A stretch of DNA of 64,000 bases. Origin: Eledone cirrhosa. Its lineage: Eukaryota. The stretch lies in the NCBI GenBank assembly GCA_964016885.1, contig OZ024747.1, positions 92,566,001-92,630,000 of the forward strand, written 5' to 3'. The position numbers and the translations under genes were made by a program. This document shows positions 54,395 through 64,000 of this stretch, in pieces. Numbering within the stretch: the stretch's first letter is position 1; every line of letters starts with the position of its first letter. The notes under the pieces were generated by a model that worked only from the letters and a program-made list of their open reading frames with translations, made no database searches and was not told the DNA's origin.

Positions 54395-56289
54395 ATGTAT
54401 GTATGTGTGTATGTATGTATGTATGTATGTATGTATGTATGTATGTGTGTATGTATGTGTGTATGTATGTATGTGTGTATGTATGTATGTGTGTATGTAT
54501 GTATGTATGTATGTGTGTGTGTATGTATGTATGTATGTATGTATGTGTGTATGTATGTATGTATGTATGTATGTATGTATGTATGCGTGTATGTATGTGT
54601 GTATGTATGTGTGTATGTATGTATGTATGTATGTGTGTATGTATGTATGTATGTGTGTGTGTATGTATGTATGTATGTATGTATGTATGTATGTATGTAT
54701 GTGTGTATGTATGTATGTATGTATGTATGCGTGTATGTATGTGTGTATGTATGTGTGTATGTATGTATGTATGTATGTATGCGTGTATGTATGTGTGTAT
54801 GTATGTGTGTATGTATGTATGTATGTATGTATGTATGTATGTATGTATGTATGTATGTATGTGTGTATGTATGTATGTATGTATGCGTGTATGTATGTGT
54901 GTATGTATGTGTGTATGTATGTATGTATGTATGTATGTATGTATGCGTGTATGTATGTGCGTATGTATGTATGTGTGTATGTATGTATGTATGTATGCGT
55001 GTATGTATGTGTGTATGTATGTATGCGTGTATGTATGTGTGTATGTATGTATGTGTGTATGTATGTATGTATGCGTGTATTTATGTGTGTATGTATGTAT
55101 GTATGCGTGTATGTATGTGTGTATGTATGTGTGTATGTATGTATGTATGTATGTATGTATGCGTGTATGTATGTGTGTATGTATGTATGTGTGTATGTAT
55201 GTATGTATGTATGCGTGTATGTATGTGTGTATGTATGTCTGTATGCGTGTATGTATGTGTGTATGTATGTGTGTATGTATGTATGTATGTATGTATGCGT
55301 GTATGTATGTATGTATGTATGTATGCGTGTATGTATGTGTGTATGTAAGTGTGTATGTATGTGTATGTGTGTAAGTATGTATGTGTGTATGTATGTGTGT
55401 ATGTATGTATGTGTGTATGTATGTGTGTATGTATGTATGTGTATGTAGGTATGTGTGTTTGTATGTATGTGTCTGCGTGTATGTATGTGTGTATGTATGT
55501 ATGTATGTATGTATGTGTGTATGTATGTATGTATGTATGTATGTATGCGTGTATGTATGTGTGTATGTAAGTGTGTATGTATGTGTATGTGTGTAAGTAT
55601 GTATGTGTGTATGTATGTGTGTATGTATGTATGTGTGTATGTATGTGTGTATGTATGTATGTGTATGTAGGTATGTGTGTTTGTATGTATGTGTCTGTGT
55701 GTATGTATGTGTGTATGTATGTATGTATGTATGTATGTGTGTATGTGTGTATGTGTATGTATGTATGTGTGTATGTATGTATGTATGTATGTATGGATGT
55801 GTGTATGGATGTATGTGTGTATGTATGTGTGTATGTGTGTATGTGTGTATGTATGTGTGTATGTATGTATGCATGTATGTGTGTATGTGATATGTATGTG
55901 TGTATGCATATAAGTATGTGCATATATAATATGCATGTATGTATGTTTGCATGTGTGTATGTAATATATATGCATGTATGTATGTATATATGCATGTATG
56001 TATGTACGTATGTATGTATGTTTGTATGTATGCAATAAGTATGTATATATATATATGTGTGTGTGTATTTATGCATGTATGTAAGTGTGTATATGTAAGT
56101 TGTATGCATGTATGTATGTATGCATGCCTGTATGTATTTAAGTTGTATGTATGTATGTGTGTATATGTACGTTGTATGTATGTATGTATGTATGTATGTA
56201 TTTTTATTTATTTATTAATTTATTTTTTTTCTCCTCGTGCAATGGCCATACTCGATAACGAGGGGGCAGCCATCATGTATGTGAGTGTG

Positions 56290-56323
<34 letters not shown>

Positions 56324-56505
56324 TGTATGTATGTATTATGTATGTATATATGTATGTATATATCTATGTATGTATGTATGTATGTATGTATGTATGTATG
56401 TATGTATGTATATATGTATGTATATATCTATGTATGTATGTATGTATGTATGTATGCATTACGTATGTATATATGTATGTATATATCTATGTATGTATGT
56501 ATTCA
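54395..56505. repeat. Degenerate (TATG)n array
   Basis: About 2 kb of TATG/TGTG/TGCG units. Confidence 0.95.
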
Positions 56506-56926
56506 TATCGATGAGGTCTCGGCGGTAGATTGGCAGAATTGTTAAGCATCTGACGTAATACCTTGCGGTAGTACTTTCCTCCCTTTGTTTTGTAAGTGTG
56601 TCTGCTATATAACACTGGTGTCAGCTGCATCGGGTTTTACCTTTCTTTTGAAGTGGAAAGGGAAGACTTGGATGCAAAGGTGACTGCTGCTTTTCCACAA
56701 AATATCTTGCCAGGGATTGCGCCCTGTAGTAAAACTTTAAATGTGAGTGTAAGCTATAAATATGTGTGTATATATATAGATGCATACATATACACATACA
56801 CACACACATATATATATATAATGCATATATAAATATATATATATATACAGTATATATATATATATATATATATATACTGTATATATATATACACAATACA
56901 CGTACATATATGCAGAAACGCGTAAA

Positions 56927-57027
<101 letters not shown>

Positions 57028-57076
57028 TATGCATGCAGATATATATAGATATGTGCGTGTGTATATATATATATAC

Positions 57077-57107
<31 letters not shown>

Positions 57108-57139
57108 CATTCATAATAAATATATATATATATACATTC

Positions 57140-57207
<68 letters not shown>

Positions 57208-57534
57208 TACATATACATATATGCACACACGCAAATGCACACTCCTCAAATGCACACTCCGCAAATGCACACACGCAATCATTCACACACACACATACAA
57301 ATATGCATGTTTGTGTGTGTGTCAGAGTAACCGTTTATGTTTGTGTCTATGCTTCTGTCCAGTAACTTAGCGATTCCACACACAAAAAAGATCGATAGAA
57401 CAAGTACCAGAGATGGCAAAATAGAAAGAGTGGCGTCGATATGACCGCCGAAATTAGGTCGCTGCCCCAGCATGTCCCCAACCTAATGGTTGAAACTACT
57501 AAAAGATTAAAAGTTTATAAAGAATATATATATA

Positions 57535-57669
57535 TATAACGAAGGAAATGTGGTAAGGAACCAGGTGGACCATAACGCACCAAAGTACTCAATACTTAGG
57601 GTAGTAGAGTGGGTAATAGGAACAAGTAAGACCCCGACGGCTGAGCTCAAGCCGTTTCGACGGCTAATT

Positions 57670-57672
<3 letters not shown>
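57535..57672 (-). mobile_element. Family B element, truncated
   Basis: Perfect helix III ACGGC(T)TGAGCTCAGCCGT plus tail. Confidence 0.82.
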
Positions 57673-57717
<45 letters not shown>

Positions 57718-57782
57718 TTTTAATATAGATGAGACAGTACTAGAACTGTTTCATTCTTTAGAAATCATCAGGAATCAGAATC

Positions 57783-57835
57783 GAGATACCTGATGATTTC
57801 TAAAGAATGAAACAGTTCTAGTCCTGTAGAATCTC
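57783..57835 (+). ncRNA. Type-I hammerhead ribozyme, family C (fold-back 57715-57920)
   Basis: GAGATAC-CTGATGA-TTTC TAAA GAAT-GAAACAG..CTGTA-GAATCTC. Confidence 0.8.
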
Positions 57836-57917
57836 ATCTATATTAAAACTTTTATACTCTGCAATGTATTGAGTACCTTACTTACTGTGGTTACCTCCGA
57901 TTCAACCCGGAATAACG

Positions 57918-57952
<35 letters not shown>

Positions 57953-58062
57953 AATATGTAATATTATTATTAGTATATTTCTATCTAGCTAACTTGGTCA
58001 TTTACAATACAAACATAAATATGAGGATATTTGTGTTTATCAAATATATTGATTTATATTAA

Positions 58063-58124
<62 letters not shown>

Positions 58125-58127
<3 letters not shown>

Positions 58128-58385
58128 ATATTAAATAAATGGAAACTATATTTATAAAACATATTTATTTTATTATATATATTTCAAGGGTATATATTTC
58201 AAAGGCAACATTGGTACGCTTTCATCAGATAAAATACAAAGTTTGTTTTATCAATAGAGACATACCCATGAAAATCATACCTTATCGGTTGGAAATTCAC
58301 TGGATAGTGAATATTTACTCCAGTAACTTGTTGAGTGCTCTAAATCAGTTATAAACATTTATATTTGTCGGACTTCCAACAAATT
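58125..58385 (-). mobile_element. Family A element with hammerhead (internal duplication of GAAATATATA)
   Basis: TATTTTAT-CTGATGA...GAAATATATATA-ATAAAATA on the minus strand at ~58164-58236. Confidence 0.7.
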
Positions 58386-58471
<86 letters not shown>

Positions 58472-58475
<4 letters not shown>

Positions 58476-58647
58476 CAAAGAGGGTGTGGTAAGATACCAC
58501 GTGGAACATAACACACCAGAGTACTCAATAGTTAGGGTAGTAGAGTGGATAATAGGAAAAGAGTCACGACATCGAGGGCTGAGCTCCGGCAGTTTCGGAT
58601 CTAGCTGTCGAAACGGCCGGAGCTCAGCCGTCGGAGTCCTGACTCTT

Positions 58648-58650
<3 letters not shown>
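58472..58650. mobile_element. Family B-related fold-back (subfamily also at 8040-8095)
   Basis: GAAACGGCCGGAGCTCAGCCGTC; inverted tail. Confidence 0.72.
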
Positions 58651-58696
<46 letters not shown>

Positions 58697-58712
58697 GTGT
58701 GTGTGGGTATGG

Positions 58713-58759
<47 letters not shown>

Positions 58760-58858
58760 GTTACAACAGTGACATATACAGGTATTTAAGTTTCGTTGCG
58801 TTATACACTCCCAACTCATTCAGCCTCTCATCCTATGGTCTACAAAACCTATACTAGA

Positions 58859-58897
<39 letters not shown>

Positions 58898-59108
58898 CAC
58901 ACATTTAAGTTTTGATTTTTACCACTGGATGGAACTGGTCATTCCCTATAGTTAATGATAATGTAATATTACGAAAAGCACTCGACGTCCATCTCATCCA
59001 TCTTTGATGTTGAATCTTGTTGGTGGTGCGAGAACGGAGTCGCTTATTATTGAGTAAAATGACAGGAGACCGGACTGATGAAATTCCTTCAAAGATTTAT
59101 TTCATCAA

Positions 59109-59166
59109 ACATTATGTACATTTCAATGGTCAGGTTACGTAAGATTCTGGTGACATCATCAGGTGT
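59109..59166 (-). ncRNA. Type-I hammerhead ribozyme, family I
   Basis: ACAC-CTGATGA-TGTCACCAG..CTGACCATT-GAAA-T GTAC ATA-ATGT; palindromic ATGTACAT. Confidence 0.72.
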
Positions 59167-59415
59167 ATATCGCATAATAGTTATATAATAAAGGTGGCGA
59201 CGAATGGGAGAAAGTTCTCCAGGAAAGTTAACCAGAAATCTTTTAAAATCTTCCCACCGAAGTTAACAAAGAACTTACTAGATCTACCAATCATAATATT
59301 ATAGAATTAAATCAAATTGTTTAGAACCACAAGTGAAGTCATTCCTTTCCTTTTTTTTAAAATATACCTAACTATACTATATATATATATATATATATAT
59401 AAATCCGGCCCTGTA

Positions 59416-59457
<42 letters not shown>

Positions 59458-59697
59458 CGTGCTAAATCATAGAGGTGTAAAAGAAAGAATATACGAGATG
59501 TGTTTGTGTATAATATATATACGAGAGTCTCGCTATGACTTTTTAAAAATTGTGATCATGTTACAGTTATCTCACTAGTGGTGAGAATACCAGACAACTG
59601 TTTCTGGATTGTTATCCATCATCAGTGACATTTACTTACACGCTACTGAGAGAAAATGTGCTAAGCCTATATGGTCTTTGTGTATGAAACATCGGTT

Positions 59698-60145
59698 GAT
59701 GTTTCTACTTGTGGCACAAGGCCAGCAATTATCCCAGTGTTTTACTGGTACTTTATTTTATCGACCTCGTAAGGATGAAAGGCAAAGTTGACCTCGGAGG
59801 GATTTGAACTCAGATTGGAAAGGGCCGTAACTCTATGCATCAAAACATGCCGTCCGACCCTCTACCGATACTGCCAATCCACGAATTTGACAGGTTAAAG
59901 TGACACTAACATTGCGTGGTTCCTCATAGTTGTGAATATCAAAGCCTACACTATATATAATTGTTTCTATTTTTTTAGCACAAGGCCAGCAATTATCCCA
60001 GTTCATTACTGGTGCTTTATTTTATCGACCCCTTAAGGATGAAAGGCAAAGTTAACCTCGGCGGGATTTGAACTCAGATCGTAAAGGGGCTAATTCTATG
60101 CCCCAAAGCATGGCGTCCGACCCTCTATCGATACTGCCAATCCAT
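59698..60145 (-). mobile_element. Two tandem tRNA-derived SINE copies (8879 family)
   Basis: ~59698-59882 and ~59958-60144. Confidence 0.85.
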
Positions 60146-60304
60146 ATAATAAATATACTAAAGTCTCGCTATATACCTTCAGTACTGACGGCCGCGAGAA
60201 TGAGAATTCAATACCAAAGTAGAGGAGTAATAATTGATAACGTCAACTAGAGTCCTGTTATTCTGGAGTTCCATCTACATATTTCAAAGATCATCAGATA
60301 AAAC

Positions 60305-60353
60305 CATGTCTGATGACTCTGCCAACACACAGGCAAAACTCCAGAGTAACATG
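60305..60353 (+). ncRNA. Hammerhead motif, family K, G12>A (probably inactive)
   Basis: CATGT-CTGATGA-CTCTG..CAGGC-AAAAC TC CA GA GTA-ACATG; relatives at 31541-31590 (-) and 42293-42372. Confidence 0.6.
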
Positions 60354-60433
60354 ACTCAGATTGACATTAGTTGAAATTATGTATTTATATCTATCTTGAA
60401 GTTTAATGTCGGCTCCGTACCGATTAGATAATA

Positions 60434-61087
60434 GTGTTCTATATTTTTGAGACGAGGAATTATTTACATTATATATATATTGGACGGATAGGTGTCCTCA
60501 CCTTGTTTTGTTGTTAACACAACGTTTCGGCTGATGTATTCTCCAGCCTTCATCAGGTGTCCTAGTGATGTTATTATTAACGTTTGTTCAGGTCACTGCC
60601 TAGAATTGTACTCGGAATCTTGAGGTTAGTAGCCCGCTTTTTAACCACTTTTTTTTTCATTTTTTTTCCCGTGATTCTTTTTTTTTTTTTTTTTAAGGGC
60701 TTCTAAACTGATATTTTTCTTTCCTTCCTCAATACCGGTTCCCATATATTACTCATATCTGCACTAGGTCTGCTTAGGAGGTTATTGTGTCCTAGAAAAA
60801 TTATCAGTTTATAAGCCCTAAAAAAAAAAAAAAAGAATCGCGGAGGAAAAAAAAAGGAAAAAAAAAAAAAGTGGTTAAAAAGCGGGCTACTAACCTCAAG
60901 ATTCCGAGTACAATTCTAGGCAGTGACCTGAACAAACGTTAATAATAACATCACTAGGACACCTGGTGACGGCTGGAGAGTACATCAGCCGAAACGCTGT
61001 GTTAACAACAAAACAAGGTGAGGACACCTATCCGTCCAATATATATATAATGTAAATAATTCCTCGTCTCAAAAATATAGAACAGTA
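60434..61087. mobile_element. Large fold-back element (tRNA-like segment + hammerhead on each arm), family L
   Basis: Arms ~60434-60720 and ~60794-61087 are reverse complements around a ~73-bp spacer. Confidence 0.88.
60516..60561 (-). ncRNA. Minimal (helix III-less) hammerhead, family L
   Basis: GACAC-CTGATGA-A GGCTG..CAGCC-GAAAC GTT-GTGTT; palindromic AACGTT; mutated copy at 60958-61003 (+). Confidence 0.83.
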
Positions 61088-61094
61088 TTTCTAA

Positions 61095-61162
<68 letters not shown>

Positions 61163-61248
61163 TTATAAATATATGTATATATGTATGTATATATATATAC
61201 TCTCCTATCTTTACACCTGAGCCAGGAATTGAAAAACTTCAATACTCT

Positions 61249-61301
<53 letters not shown>

Positions 61302-61497
61302 ATAATAATAAATATGAAGACTAAAATCCAAAGAGGGCTCGATAAGGATAAATATATATCAAATATATAAGAACCGTAGAGCAAATATTTATTAAAATAA
61401 CAGATTAAAGTTTAAGCAAAGAATCGCTGCTTTCACCCTTCAGAAGATCCCGTTAATGGTGAAAGCAGCGATTCTTTGCTTAAACTTTAATCTGTTA

Positions 61498-61567
<70 letters not shown>

Positions 61568-62317
61568 TTCTGTTTACATGCCATCACAAGAGCAAGAATG
61601 AAGGGTTCATTCTACTGACATGGCTATAAAATGAGACCTGTTTGCATAATTGCAGACGAATCGAATGTTATTATTAATATTCGAAAATCTCGGATTACAT
61701 TTATTATATATACTAGCAGAAAAACTACCCTCGGGTGGTTTTCTGCTAGTATGTGTTGTGTGTATATTGATATTATACACAAGTATATATGCATGTAGAT
61801 ATGCTACATCAAATAAAATCGTAATTGACAATATGCACAGAAATTGACCGAAGACTGTGTTACACTCTCTTCTGTAATCAGTAAAGTAATCCATGATATA
61901 AATACAAAAGACGATATTATATATAAACTGCATTAGGAGAAAATTAGTGACAGAAATATATTATGAATATTTATTTAAACGATCGCTAACCGGAAGTGTT
62001 GACATTTGAAAATTTTAACGAAGTGAATCTTTAAAAAAGTAATAAAATATATTTAATGAACAGCCACGAAATTTAGTAGATAAATTATGTAATATTCATT
62101 CAAAACAATTATTTATTCAAAGTAATCCAACTTATTTTACTAAGGGGATAAAAATTATAAACCGTACGCATTCCCGCGCTTCTTACTTTATTATAGTTTA
62201 TATATATATATATATATATAATGGTAAGTACTACAGCCAAAATCCCTAGGGAAACTAAACTGGAAATAGAACTAAACTGGAAATAGAACACACACACATA
62301 TATATATGTATATATAA

Positions 62318-62742
62318 CCTCGTTCTTCCCCCAACTCTCACATTCACATACACACACACACGTACACCTACACACACACACCACCTTCAGCCCTCCCCGC
62401 TCGGACACCCCGCCTCCTTCTCCCCACTCCACCCGCCACCACCCCTACACGCCCCACACCCTTCCACCACTTGTTTATCTTCATGTTTATTTTTATTTTT
62501 ATTATTATTATTATTTTTATTATTTTTTTATATTTATTTTCATCTGTACCCCTTCCACCGCCCCCCCCCCTTCTAAATGTCTCTCCCCCACTCCCCTACA
62601 CACCCTTGGAACCCTCTTCCCACACACTTTTCGCCTGAAGAAGGGCTTATGCTCGAAACGCCCCCCCCTCTCAAGAGCGTGAAACTAATAAACCTTTGTT
62701 CGTACTGCCTCTCTGTTTTGTTCCCGTTCCATTTTTCACTAT
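62318..62742 (+). mobile_element. Family G pLTR-like remnant
   Basis: CTGAAGAAGGGCTTATGCTCGAAACG at 62635, then AATAAA. Confidence 0.7.
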
Positions 62743-62826
62743 ATATATATATATATGCACATACATGCATATATATATATATATATATATATATAAATGA
62801 AAGGTATAGAAAACTTTAATCTGTTA

Positions 62827-62885
<59 letters not shown>

Positions 62886-63071
62886 CAGATTAAAGTTTAA
62901 GCAAAGAATCGCTGCTTTCACCCTTAACGGGATCTTCTGAAAGCAGCGATTTTTTGCTTAAACTTTAATCTGTTATTTTAATAAATATTTGCTCTACGGT
63001 TCTTATATATTTGATATATATTTATCCTTATCGAGCCCTCTTTGGATTTTAGTCTTCAAATTTATTATTAT

Positions 63072-63124
<53 letters not shown>

Positions 63125-63339
63125 CTATATAACTCACCCACACACACACCCCAAACATTTTTTTTTATCCACACGCCACCTACACCCACAACACGCTTAA
63201 ACCCCACACACACGTGCTTTCCACCACATATTTACACCCTCAGCCTCCTGATTCCTCTCCCCCCACCCTTCTATCCACACACGGACACTCCGACCCCCCC
63301 CCCCGCACACACACACACCTCTTCCTGAACATGCAACCC

Positions 63340-63777
63340 CGTTCTTCCCCCAACCCTTACTTTCACATACACACACACACACACACGCACACCTACACAC
63401 ATACACCACCTTCAGCCCTCCCCGCTCGGACACCCCGTCTCCCTCTCCCCACTCCACCCGCCACCACCCCTACACACCCCACACCCTTCCACCACCTGTT
63501 TACCCCCCTTTTAATTTCAGTTTATTTTGATCATGCTTTTATTTTTAAATTTATCTTTATTTTTTATTTTTTCATTCGCACCGTTTCCTTTCGCTATATG
63601 TCTCTCCACCACTCCCCTACACACCCTTTGAACTCTGTTCCCACACACTTCCCACCTGAGGAAGGGCTTATGCCCGAAACGTCGTCCCCCACCAACACCC
63701 CACTCTCCAGAGCGTGAAATTAATAAACATTCGTTGTACTGCCTCTCTGTTTTGTCCCTGTTCAAATTTTTCCATTA
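63340..63777 (+). mobile_element. Family G pLTR-like remnant with minimal hammerhead
   Basis: CTGAGGA-A-GGGC TTAT GCCC-GAAAC GTC at 63656-63683, then AATAAA and (TA)n. Confidence 0.75.
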
Positions 63778-63817
63778 TATATATATATATATATATATAT
63801 ATGAGTGTGTGTGTGTG

Positions 63818-63877
<60 letters not shown>

Positions 63878-64000
63878 CATATATATATATATATATATTT
63901 ACATATATATATATATATATGTATGTATATATATATACTTACAAATTGTCAAAGTATCCTCCCTTCCAGACCCTCTTGGGAGTCTTGCGATACGTATCCT

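Overview
AT-rich eukaryotic genomic DNA. The SINE and LINE families suggest an octopus/cephalopod source (inference). The window is almost entirely repeats, with no recognisable host gene. Nearly all listed ORFs are artefacts of (TA)n, (TG)n, (TATG)n and (GGT)n microsatellites. The real coding remnants are all transposon-derived: a young 5'-truncated R4/Dong-like LINE (RT + CCHC + RLE, open frame 9703-11682), an internally deleted mariner with long TIRs, RTE fragments and an L1/Tx1-like 3' end. There are many tRNA-derived SINEs and a 3-kb 48-bp satellite amplified from inside a SINE. The main hidden signal is a dense set of short non-coding elements in (TA)n tracts, usually arranged as fold-back palindromes. 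They carry type-I hammerhead ribozymes from roughly 8-10 distinct families. Evidence includes base-pair covariation, self-complementary helix III and U3-A8 core variants. These look like Penelope-like pLTR/retrozyme-type elements. All structure calls were made by eye, and no activity was tested.
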